Source: Gammaproteobacteria bacterium
GTDB lineage: Bacteria > Pseudomonadota > Gammaproteobacteria > Tenderiales > Tenderiaceae
DNA: 64,000 bases
Direction of reading: 5' to 3'
Assembly (NCBI GenBank): GCA_016200485.1
Contig: JACQEP010000001.1
Coordinates: 9,901-73,900 of the forward strand
A program made the translations under genes and the position numbers. The notes beneath the pieces were generated by a model. The model made no database searches. It saw only the letters and a program-made list of their open reading frames with translations, and was not told the DNA's origin. The number at the start of each line of letters is the position of its first letter. Position 1 is the first letter of the stretch. Shown here in pieces: positions 42,726 through 51,551 of this stretch.

Positions 42726-44306
42726 TTAATGTTCCCGCGTAGCGAGAAATTTGATCTCCGGCCAGCGTTCCATCGTCAGCCCAAGATTAACTTTCGTCGG
42801 TGCAATGTAGACCAACAGATCGGCCCCATCCAGCGCCAGATTATCTGCCGCCTTCAGCTTGAATTCCGCCAACTTCTTCGGATCATCGCAGACCACCCAA
42901 CGGGCGGTAGCCACTTGCACCGGTTCGAATACACATTCAACCTTGTATTCATCTTTCAACCGATGCGCAACCACATCAAACTGCAACACCCCCACCGCAC
43001 CCAAAATCAGATCGTTACGATTGAGCGGTTTAAACAATTGGGTTGCGCCTTCTTCGCACAATTGCTGCAAGCCTTTTTGCAGGGCCTTCATTTTCATTGG
43101 ATCGCGCAACTGGGCACGACGAAACAGTTCCGGCGCGAAATTGGGGATACCGGTAAACTTCAACTCTTCGCCTTCGCTGAAGGCATCGCCGATCTGAATC
43201 GTACCGTGATTGTGTAACCCGATGATGTCACCGGGATAGGCCTCTTCGACATGCTCGCGCTCCGAAGCCATGAAGGTGATGGCATTGGAAATCTGCACAT
43301 CACGCCCGATACGTACATGGCGCATTTTCATCCCCTTGTGATAACTGCCGGAACATACGCGCAAAAAGGCGACACGATCGCGATGTTGCGGGTCCATATT
43401 TGCCTGAATCTTGAACACGAAGCCGCTGAATTTCTCTTCGTCCGGCAACACCATGCGCGATTCCGCCTGCCGTGGCTGCGGCGGCGGCGCCCATTCGGCG
43501 AAGGCATCCAGTAATTCTTTAATGCCGAAGTTGTTGATCGCGGAACCAAAAAATACCGGCGTTACTTCACCACGGCGATAGGCGTCAAAATCAAATTCAT
43601 TGCTGGCACCGCGCACCAGCTCGATCTCGTCACGCACCTCAGCGGCAAATCTGCCCCACAGCTCATCCAGACGTGGATTATCCAAACCCTCAATCACCTC
43701 ACCCTGTTGAATCTTGCCACCATGCGTGGCGCTGAACAGATGAATACTGTCGTCGTACAGATGAAATACGCCCTTGAAGCCCTTGCCCATGCCGATCGGC
43801 CAGGTGATCGGCGCACAACGAATCTTGAGGATGCGCTCAACCTCATCCAGCAATTCAATCGGTTCGCGGCCTTCGCGATCCAGCTTGTTGATGAAGGTGA
43901 TGATCGGCGTATCGCGCAGCCGGCAAACTTCCATCAATTTAATCGTGCGTTCTTCAACACCCTTGGCGCTGTCGATCACCATCAGCGCCGAGTCCACTGC
44001 CGTCAGGGTGCGGTAGGTATCCTCGGAGAAATCTTCATGCCCTGGCGTGTCGAGCAAGTTGATGATCTTGCCGTTATGCGGGAACTGCATCACCGAAGTG
44101 GTGACGGAGATTCCGCGTTGCTTTTCCAGCTCCATCCAGTCCGAGGTTGCATGCCGCGCTGCCTTACGGCCCTTGACGGTTCCGGCAAGCTGAATGGCCC
44201 CCCCAAATAACAACAGCTTTTCGGTCAAAGTGGTCTTACCCGCATCGGGGTGGGAGATGATGGCAAAGGTACGACGCCGCTGCGCCTGTTCAAGATATTT
44301 AGACAT
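42726..44306 (-). CDS. prfC: Peptide chain release factor 3
   Basis: 526 aa with the GTPase motifs [26 protein letters not shown] and NKLD, and overall RF3 colinearity. Confidence 0.95.
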   Translation of the reverse strand: MSKYLEQAQRRRTFAIISHPDAGKTTLTEKLLLFGGAIQLAGTVKGRKAARHATSDWMELEKQRGISVTTSVMQFPHNGKIINLLDTPGHEDFSEDTYRTLTAVDSALMVIDSAKGVEERTIKLMEVCRLRDTPIITFINKLDREGREPIELLDEVERILKIRCAPITWPIGMGKGFKGVFHLYDDSIHLFSATHGGKIQQGEVIEGLDNPRLDELWGRFAAEVRDEIELVRGASNEFDFDAYRRGEVTPVFFGSAINNFGIKELLDAFAEWAPPPQPRQAESRMVLPDEEKFSGFVFKIQANMDPQHRDRVAFLRVCSGSYHKGMKMRHVRIGRDVQISNAITFMASEREHVEEAYPGDIIGLHNHGTIQIGDAFSEGEELKFTGIPNFAPELFRRAQLRDPMKMKALQKGLQQLCEEGATQLFKPLNRNDLILGAVGVLQFDVVAHRLKDEYKVECVFEPVQVATARWVVCDDPKKLAEFKLKAADNLALDGADLLVYIAPTKVNLGLTMERWPEIKFLATREH

Positions 44307-44402
44307 GCTTGAGATTAAGTGATTACTAAATTTAAATGGGGTCTAATTTTACCTGTTTTTGCTTGAATTTTCCCGATCAATTCCATCCCAACCCGCCAAG
44401 GT

Positions 44403-44451
44403 TTGACATTCCTAAAAAAGCCAATTAACATGTATTCTTAATACATGTTAA
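44403..44451 (+). promoter_or_regulatory. Sigma70-like promoter overlapped by a 27-bp palindrome resembling an NsrR operator
   Basis: TTGACA (44403-44408), N17, TAACAT (44426-44431). The palindrome TTAACATGTATT-CTT-AATACATGTTAA spans 44425-44451, with perfect 12-bp arms. It lies about 100 nt upstream of glbN. Confidence 0.5.
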
Positions 44452-44549
44452 GCTGATCCCGTAAACAGACGATAGCTTCAGGCAATCACATCGTTTTGCG
44501 GCCGACCTTGCTTATCGGCCGCTCCACTAAACCAAAAAGGAGACTATGC

Positions 44550-44915
44550 ATGAGTAGCTTGTACGATCAACTGGGCGGCGACGCCGCCGTTAACGCCGCT
44601 GTCGACATCTTCTATCGCAAGGTGCTGGCCGACAAACGTATCAATCACTGGTTCAAAGACACCGACATGGCCAAACAGGCGTCCAAGCAAAAAGCCTTTC
44701 TGACCATGGCCCTGGGCGGTCCCAACAAATATTCCGGCAAAGATATGCGTGAGGGTCATGCCCATCTGGTCAAGAAGGGCCTGAGCGACAAAGACTTCGA
44801 CGCCGTGCTGGAGAATCTTGGCGCCACCCTGAAAGAACTCAAGGTACCCGATAATCTTATCGCCCAAGCCGCCAAACTGGTTGAAAGCACTCGTAAAGAT
44901 GTCCTAGGCCGTTAA
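44550..44915 (+). CDS. glbN: Group I truncated haemoglobin (trHbN)
   Basis: MSSLYDQLGGDAAVNAAVDIFYRKVLAD...FLTMALGGPNKYSGKDMREGHAHL carries the 2-on-2 globin pattern (B10 Tyr, proximal His). The ATG at 44550 is preceded by AGGAG. The ORF-track start at 44496 adds 18 basic residues and is unlikely. Confidence 0.85.
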   Translation: MSSLYDQLGGDAAVNAAVDIFYRKVLADKRINHWFKDTDMAKQASKQKAFLTMALGGPNKYSGKDMREGHAHLVKKGLSDKDFDAVLENLGATLKELKVPDNLIAQAAKLVESTRKDVLGR

Positions 44916-44932
44916 TGTAGCCCCCCAATCCC

Positions 44933-45901
44933 ATGCCGAAAGTCAGACTCGGAGATCACGAATATCTCCTCGCGGAAAATGAGTCGATACTCCAGGGTCT
45001 GACCCGGCATGGGGTTACCATTCCATCCTCGTGCCAGAAAGGGATATGCCAGACCTGTCTGATGCGTGCCATTGCCGGCACACCCCCGGCGGAATGTCAG
45101 GAAGGACTTAGCCCCACGCAAAAACAACAGGGCTATTTTCTTGCCTGTAGCTGCAAGCCGAAAACTGATTTGACGATCGCCCTCCTCGACGACAGCGCGC
45201 GCAACAAGATGCAGGCACGCATCACTGACAAGACCCTGCTCAGCCCAAGCATTATGCGCCTGCGCTTGCAGCCCGAAAAATCGTTCGATTATCGCGCGGG
45301 TCAGTTCTTGAATCTGCATCGGCCTGATGGATTGATTCGCAGTTATTCTATCGCCAGCATCCCTAGCGAGCCCTTTCTCGAACTACACATTGAGCGCCTT
45401 GATAACGGCAAGATGAGTGGCTGGATTCACGATGAGGTCACTGTGAATACCGAGGTTGAGATCGATGGCGCCCACGGCAATTGTTTTTATCTCGAAGGCA
45501 ATCCCGAACAACCGCTGCTGCTGATTGGTACGGGATCTGGGTTGGCGCCATTATGGGGCATTTTGCGCGATGCCTTGGCGCACAATCACCAAGGTGACAT
45601 CCATTTGTTTCATGGTTCACACAGCCGGGACAAACTCTATCTGGGTGAAGCATTACGCCAATTAGCGCGCGACTATCCCCAAGTTCACTACACCCCCTGC
45701 CTCTCTGGCAGCGAACAACACGGCTATGCCCATGGCCGCGCCAATGAGCTTGCGCTTGCGCAACTAGGGTCATTAAAAGGTTGGCGAATATTTTTGTGCG
45801 GCCATCCGGAGATGGTCAAAAACACGCAAATGGAGGCTTTTCTGGCAGGCGCCTCGATGCAGGATATCTACGCCGATCCGTTCACGATCAGCGCAAGCTG
45901 A
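44933..45901 (+). CDS. Ferredoxin--NAD(P) reductase-type flavoprotein with an N-terminal plant-type 2Fe-2S domain
   Basis: 322 aa with the cluster motif C-x4-C-x2-C...C (SSCQKGICQTC...ACSC), FAD motif RSYSIAS and NAD(P) motif LLLIGTGSGLAPL. It has BenC/MMO-reductase-like architecture and starts 17 nt after glbN. Confidence 0.8.
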   Translation: MPKVRLGDHEYLLAENESILQGLTRHGVTIPSSCQKGICQTCLMRAIAGTPPAECQEGLSPTQKQQGYFLACSCKPKTDLTIALLDDSARNKMQARITDKTLLSPSIMRLRLQPEKSFDYRAGQFLNLHRPDGLIRSYSIASIPSEPFLELHIERLDNGKMSGWIHDEVTVNTEVEIDGAHGNCFYLEGNPEQPLLLIGTGSGLAPLWGILRDALAHNHQGDIHLFHGSHSRDKLYLGEALRQLARDYPQVHYTPCLSGSEQHGYAHGRANELALAQLGSLKGWRIFLCGHPEMVKNTQMEAFLAGASMQDIYADPFTISAS

Positions 45902-45903
45902 AC

Positions 45904-46518
45904 CTAACCCGCTTCTTGGTCGATATCGTCCGCAAGGTTTGACTGTTTTACATCCGTATTATTTTCAACATCACGCCGCCACGGATATTCCTGTCCCAAA
46001 AGCCTGTTGATTACAACAGCGGATATGAGCAGTATCAGCACATTCAACATCACTGGCGCCAGCACAAACCAGTAACCTAGCGAATGAATGCTGTTCCCAC
46101 CAATCACTGCCGAAATTGCTGCCGCACCACCAGGTGGATGCAAACTGCGGGTCAGCAACATCAATAAAATCGCGCCCGCCACCGCCACAGCGCCCGCCAG
46201 CATGTGATTGGGAATGTACTGGGCACAGGTCACACCAACTGTCACAGAGACCAGGTGCCCCATAAATACCGGGTAGGGCTGAACCAGAGGGCTATGAGGC
46301 GCAGCGAACAATAGCACCCCCGCTGCTCCCATTGAGGCTACCAAAATTGGTACATCCTGCCCCGACAATACCGAAGCGCTGACCATGAACACCGCCACTT
46401 GCGCCAGAAAGGCTCCCAGCACCGGGATCAGGATTTCCTTCATGGAACGTTTTGGAATTACGTCCATCCCCAACCAGGATGCACAGGCGCAAAACCAGCC
46501 TCGCTTTGGTTTGGTCAA
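45904..46518 (-). CDS. HPP-family integral membrane protein (family includes nitrite transporters)
   Basis: 204 aa, about 4-5 TM helices, with the eponymous SLHPPGGAAA motif. The start could be an internal Met (MDV... or MKE...). Confidence 0.75.
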   Translation of the reverse strand: MTKPKRGWFCACASWLGMDVIPKRSMKEILIPVLGAFLAQVAVFMVSASVLSGQDVPILVASMGAAGVLLFAAPHSPLVQPYPVFMGHLVSVTVGVTCAQYIPNHMLAGAVAVAGAILLMLLTRSLHPPGGAAAISAVIGGNSIHSLGYWFVLAPVMLNVLILLISAVVINRLLGQEYPWRRDVENNTDVKQSNLADDIDQEAG

Positions 46519-46817
46519 TTAAACGCTCCTAATTCGAATATTTAAAGTTAGATATAAAATATCAATTTCTATCCCCTTCCCAAATTTTTATCGACCGCTT
46601 TTCAACATCCTAAACATCCATCAAAGAATTAAAGTTTTAAACGGTTCTTCCGAAACCCTATTTAGTAGCATGAAATCACTAATTTACATATCGCAACATA
46701 TAGAAATTACCGTTCGTGCCTCATACTCGCACGAACGAAGTCGATGCATCATCAGCAGTTGCAAACTGAATAAAACGGACTACGTTCGACGAACAACACA
46801 GGGATAGGACAAGATTC

Positions 46818-48047
46818 ATGCAGCACCAGGATCAACAACCTTGGCTCAAACCAGTTGCAACGCTCATGGCGACACTTGGTTGCCGCCACTTCGTGACGTT
46901 GACCGGCATTTACGTCATCACAATTATCACAGTACTGGGTTTGATGACACTTGGAATATTGGCTTCACCGTCGCCAACTGATCTTGGTACCTTCATCATT
47001 CTGTCAGTTACATCGATTATTTACCTGCTGTGTGGCTTTCTTGACTATCTTCGCACCCAGGTCTGTGCGCTTAGCGCGCAGGCGCGTGAACTTTCCGCTG
47101 GCCAGTTCGGCAATGTAACTTACTCCACGGGCAACGACGAATTGAGCATGTTCCAGAACTGCCTGGCACAACTGGCGAAAGATCTGGAACGTATGCTCAA
47201 CCGAATTGGCGAAGCCGCAACCGAGTCCCATGCCGCAGCGCGGGCCGAAACCGAGATCACCAAACGTACGTCCGCAAGCGCCACCAATCAGGCAGCCCGC
47301 GTCTCAGAAATCGCCACTGCAATCGAACAAATGTCCGCCAGCATCAACGAAGTCGCAGACCAGATAAAAGTCACTGAACACAATGCCAAAACAACTCAAG
47401 ACCTGGCCAATCAAGGCACCGCCATTATCCACGACACCGTCAACTCGGTACACAGCATTGCTGATACCGTCAGTCAGGCCGCAACACAGGTTACAGCGCT
47501 GAGCGAGCACTCAAAAGAGATCGGGAAAATTATTGATGTTATCGAAGGCATATCTTCACAAACCAACCTCTTGGCTTTAAATGCCGCGATTGAAGCTGCC
47601 CGCGCCGGCGAGCATGGTCGAGGATTTGCTGTCGTATCGGACGAAGTACGGCAGCTTGCAATCCGTACCCATGAAGCCACTGAAAAAGTCAGCACCATGA
47701 TCACTGGCGTGCAAGGCGAAGTTGGCAAAATCATCAACAGTTTCCGCAGCATCGAAGGTGAAGTCACACGCAGCACCGAGATGGGCGACCATGTTAATCA
47801 AATGCTGTCTTCGATCAATGATGGTGCCAATACAACCGCCAACCATATGCATAGCGCGGCGATCGCAATCACCGAGCAATCCTCTGTCTGCGCCGACATT
47901 GCCCGCAATATCGAGCACATCAGTCAACTCGCGATCGGCGCCAGCGCTGATGCCGGCGAAACACTGGATACCTCACTCTATCTTGAGTCACTCTCGAACC
48001 AGGTGCTACATCAATTAACCGGCCAGTCAGCGGCTGAGGGGCAATAG
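46818..48047 (+). CDS. Methyl-accepting chemotaxis protein lacking a periplasmic ligand-binding domain
   Basis: 409 aa with two TM helices separated by only ~8 residues (SPSPTDLG), a HAMP-like linker, and an MCP signalling hairpin ([36 protein letters not shown]). Confidence 0.9.
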   Translation: MQHQDQQPWLKPVATLMATLGCRHFVTLTGIYVITIITVLGLMTLGILASPSPTDLGTFIILSVTSIIYLLCGFLDYLRTQVCALSAQARELSAGQFGNVTYSTGNDELSMFQNCLAQLAKDLERMLNRIGEAATESHAAARAETEITKRTSASATNQAARVSEIATAIEQMSASINEVADQIKVTEHNAKTTQDLANQGTAIIHDTVNSVHSIADTVSQAATQVTALSEHSKEIGKIIDVIEGISSQTNLLALNAAIEAARAGEHGRGFAVVSDEVRQLAIRTHEATEKVSTMITGVQGEVGKIINSFRSIEGEVTRSTEMGDHVNQMLSSINDGANTTANHMHSAAIAITEQSSVCADIARNIEHISQLAIGASADAGETLDTSLYLESLSNQVLHQLTGQSAAEGQ

Positions 48048-48050
48048 CAG

Positions 48051-49028
48051 ATGGCAATGACAGCCTCATTATTGTTCACATTAATTTTCTTCGGTTGCAT
48101 CATCTTTCTCTGGCGCCAACGCCAACAGGTCGTCTATTTGGAAACTATTATCCGAGGGATGAGCCATGTCGAACTCGCCCGCAATCTACTGGAACATCTG
48201 CCGCAACATCGCGGCATGGCCAATGCGCTGCTGAATGGCGATAAAAGCTTCCAGGAAAAAGCCTGTACGATGCAATCCACCATTGATCGTGACCTGGAAG
48301 CGCTTAAAACCGCCATCAGCAGCAATGCCGGACAATCAGTCATCAATACTCATCAGACGCAACTGGAAACAGGCTGGAAAAGCCTGAAAAGTGATCTCAA
48401 GGGATTAAGCGCTGCCAGTAGCTTTGAGCGCCATACCGCCTTGATAACACAGGTAATCTATCTCATCAGTGATATCGCCGATGAAATGAGAATCACGGCC
48501 TACCCGGATGAAACCATGCGCCCTATCGTGCATGCCAATTTAATGGTTTTGCCAACCATGGTCGAAATTTCCGGCCAGGCGCGAGGCATTGGCGCTGGCG
48601 TCGCAGCCAAAGGCAAAATCACAACTGCACTCCGCATCAAAATCAAATTTCTCCACGAACATCTTAATACCGCCCTGCTCGATGCCCACCGTACCATCGA
48701 AACCAGTCTCAATCGAGTTAAGGACAAACTTCATTTTGATCTTTCCTCGCTCCAGGCCAGCCGCACAGCCACTCAGCGATTGCTTGACACCATCAAAGAC
48801 CAGTTACTCAAGGAGGAAGCCATCAGCATCTCGGCCTCGGACTATTTTGCCATCGGCTCGGCAGCATTCGACAATAATCTCCGGCTCTTTGATCAACTGA
48901 CCCAAGCGTTAAAGAAGGATTTACAGCAACGCGCACCCTCCCTCAAATCCGCCCATCTGCGGTCGATATTCTTCTGTGCAGGGCTGATGGCGGCCTCATC
49001 TGCCACTGGCTGGTGGTTACTGAGTTAG
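48051..49028 (+). CDS. Stand-alone NIT (nitrate/nitrite-sensing)-like domain protein bracketed by N- and C-terminal TM helices
   Basis: 325 aa. TM1 spans about residues 5-21 and the last TM about 305-323. The ~280-aa region between them has NIT-like landmarks (LPQHRGMANALLNGDKSF, HTALITQVIYLISDIA, VEISGQARGIGAGVAAKG, SASDYFAIGSAAFDNNL). There is no output domain. The start is 3 nt after the MCP stop. Confidence 0.7.
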   Translation: MAMTASLLFTLIFFGCIIFLWRQRQQVVYLETIIRGMSHVELARNLLEHLPQHRGMANALLNGDKSFQEKACTMQSTIDRDLEALKTAISSNAGQSVINTHQTQLETGWKSLKSDLKGLSAASSFERHTALITQVIYLISDIADEMRITAYPDETMRPIVHANLMVLPTMVEISGQARGIGAGVAAKGKITTALRIKIKFLHEHLNTALLDAHRTIETSLNRVKDKLHFDLSSLQASRTATQRLLDTIKDQLLKEEAISISASDYFAIGSAAFDNNLRLFDQLTQALKKDLQQRAPSLKSAHLRSIFFCAGLMAASSATGWWLLS

Positions 49029-49103
49029 ACAACCATAATTTCTGCACTTAATGATGGGAATCACCGTCGCTACCAATAAACGACGGCAACCGCAAGGATT
49101 TAG

Positions 49104-51539
49104 ATGATGATAAAAATTCTCGACCTGCCCGTACCACCCTTTAGCGCCCCGGACAACCCACCGGTACTCGCTGGCGCCAACACCACTGTTTTTCTACCCA
49201 ATGGCAGTCGCCTAGAGGGCAAACTGGAAGAATTTGATGGTGCTAAAGGATCGATCACGCTCATTGAAAACAATGGCAAAAGTTCCCGCTTAACCCTGAT
49301 CGAGATCAAGGCCTTACAGCTTAACGAACCATTGCAGTGGATGCAGGATACGGCACTCGACGAGACCAATCGGGCCAGCATGAAAATGCCCACCGACACG
49401 CAGGACTTCATTATCACCTTCAAGGATCGGAGTGTATTGCGCGGCAAGACTTATGGCTCTCGCGTTGAAAAGTTCGGAATTCATTTATTCAAACAACACA
49501 CAGCAAACCAATACCTACACCAATACATCCATATTTTTATTCCAAAAACGGCCATCGAGAGCAATCTCATCGGTGATCAATTAGGTCAAATCCTGGCAAA
49601 AGACCAAAAGGTTCCGCCAAGGGAAATCGAAGCTGCACTGATCGAACAAAAGGAAAACCGCGGGAAACAGATTGGCGATTTCTTAATCAGCAAAAAAATT
49701 ATCAGCACCGAACAATTGGAGCAGGCATTAAAACGGCAGAAATCAATGCCTCAGCTCAAACTGGGGGAGATATTGATCAGTGAGGCCTTGATCACAGAGG
49801 CACAACTCCAAGAAGCCCTCATTGACCAGAAAAAATCTCGGCGCATGCCGCTAGGTGAGCTTCTGGTTCAAAAAAAGCTCGTCACTCGCGAACAAATTCA
49901 ACAAGCGCTCGCCAGGAAGCTAGGCATCCCATTTGTCAATATCCAGGATTTCCAGGTCACGCCTGAAACCATACGCGTCGCCCCAGCTTCACTTACCTTT
50001 AAACATAAGGTCGTCCCGCTATATCAATATGAAGGGAAGATTGCAGTTGCCATCGAAAACCCCATGGACTGGGAAGCATTGGACGCCCTTAAATTTCACA
50101 CTAACAAATACATTGAGCCAGTAATGGCAACGGCCGAAGACATCAACTGGGCACTCCAATTTTATTACTCATCAGATGACGTCCTGACAAGCATCGATCA
50201 GTTGGCTGATCAGCAGGTTGAAGACGACAACTTTCTTGAGGAAAACATCCTCAATGCCAAAGAAGATGCCGAAGTTTCGGATAATATCGTCGTCAAAATG
50301 ATTAACAAAATCATACTTGATGCTTATCAGAAAGGGGTATCCGATATTCACATTGAACCATACCCGGGAAAACAGCGAACAGTCGTTCGTTTTAGAAAAG
50401 ACGGCGAGATGTTTAAATATCATGATTTCCCTCACCAATATCGAAGCGCATTAACCTCCCGCGTAAAGGTCATGGCACGCCTTGATATTTCTGAAAAGCG
50501 CAAACCACAGGACGGTAAAATCAACTTCAAGCAATTCGGCCCGGCGAATATTGAGTTGCGGGTAGCCACATTGCCTACCTCCAACGATCTGGAAGACGTG
50601 GTCATGCGCATCCTCAGCAGTGGACGCAATCTACCGATCAGTGCCTTGGGCTTAGAAACCTATAACCGGGACAGGCTACTAGAGGCAATCTCTCAGCCTT
50701 ATGGCCTATTCCTGGTCTGCGGCCCCACGGGATCCGGAAAAACAACCACGCTTCATTCCATCCTTGGGCATCTCAATGATGAGCAAACAAAAATCTGGAC
50801 CGCAGAGGATCCGGTTGAAATCACACAAGCGGGGCTACGCCAGCTGCAGATCAACCCCAAGGTAGGTCTGACCTTTGCCACAGCAATGCGCTCATTCTTG
50901 CGCGCTGACCCTGACATTATCATGATCGGTGAAATGCGCGATCCAGAGGCGGCGTCGGTCTGTATTGAAGCCTCATTAACAGGGCATCTCGTATTATCAA
51001 CACTGCATACCAACTCCGCCGCCGAAAGCATTATTCGCCTCCTTGATATGGGGATGGACCCATTCAATTTTGCGGATGCCCTGCTTGGAATTTTGTCACA
51101 ACGACTGGCGAGAACACTGTGCCCCAGTTGCAAGAAGCCGTATACACCTCATGACGAGGAACTCAATCACCTCGCTCGCGAGTATTGTGCCGAACTGGTG
51201 GGCTTTACCGCCAGTGCCGAAGAACTTCAGGCCACCGCCAACAAGAAGATTGCGGAATGGCGCGAAAAGCATAAAGGCAAGGACGGTCAGATTTCACTCT
51301 TCAAACCCATAGGCTGCCCGGAGTGCAACGAAACAGGTTATCGCGGCCGCATCGGTCTCCACGAACTGTTGGTTGCCACCCCAGAAATCAAGCACCTTAT
51401 TCTTGAGCGTACCCTCATTACTGAGATACAGCGCACTGCCATCAAACATGGTTTGCGCACGCTGAAACAAGACGGTATTGAGAAAGTATTACAAGGATAT
51501 ACTGACTTCCCACAGATTCGGGCGGTTTGTATTAAATAA
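49104..51539 (+). CDS. GspE/PilB/MshE-family secretion ATPase with an extended N-terminus
   Basis: 811 aa with Walker A GPTGSGKTTTL, Asp/Walker B DPDIIMIGEMRD, His box LSTLHTNSA, and a tetracysteine motif (CPSCKKPY...CPECNETGYRGR). Upstream of the T2SSE_N region are four 24-residue MshEN-like motifs and a 158-residue segment of unknown type. Confidence 0.9.
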   Translation: MMIKILDLPVPPFSAPDNPPVLAGANTTVFLPNGSRLEGKLEEFDGAKGSITLIENNGKSSRLTLIEIKALQLNEPLQWMQDTALDETNRASMKMPTDTQDFIITFKDRSVLRGKTYGSRVEKFGIHLFKQHTANQYLHQYIHIFIPKTAIESNLIGDQLGQILAKDQKVPPREIEAALIEQKENRGKQIGDFLISKKIISTEQLEQALKRQKSMPQLKLGEILISEALITEAQLQEALIDQKKSRRMPLGELLVQKKLVTREQIQQALARKLGIPFVNIQDFQVTPETIRVAPASLTFKHKVVPLYQYEGKIAVAIENPMDWEALDALKFHTNKYIEPVMATAEDINWALQFYYSSDDVLTSIDQLADQQVEDDNFLEENILNAKEDAEVSDNIVVKMINKIILDAYQKGVSDIHIEPYPGKQRTVVRFRKDGEMFKYHDFPHQYRSALTSRVKVMARLDISEKRKPQDGKINFKQFGPANIELRVATLPTSNDLEDVVMRILSSGRNLPISALGLETYNRDRLLEAISQPYGLFLVCGPTGSGKTTTLHSILGHLNDEQTKIWTAEDPVEITQAGLRQLQINPKVGLTFATAMRSFLRADPDIIMIGEMRDPEAASVCIEASLTGHLVLSTLHTNSAAESIIRLLDMGMDPFNFADALLGILSQRLARTLCPSCKKPYTPHDEELNHLAREYCAELVGFTASAEELQATANKKIAEWREKHKGKDGQISLFKPIGCPECNETGYRGRIGLHELLVATPEIKHLILERTLITEIQRTAIKHGLRTLKQDGIEKVLQGYTDFPQIRAVCIK

Positions 51540-51551
51540 GGCTTGTTCAGA

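Noticed and set aside
46743-46750. GATGCATC palindrome as a second NsrR site upstream of the MCP/HPP genes
   Set aside because: Only an 8-bp core is present, without the flanking AT-rich arms or the 11-1-11 architecture. This is insufficient.
49104-49577. PilZ domain at the N-terminus of the ATPase
   Set aside because: I could not find the RxxxR and (D/N)xSxxG PilZ signatures in the two beta-rich segments. The region is left unassigned.
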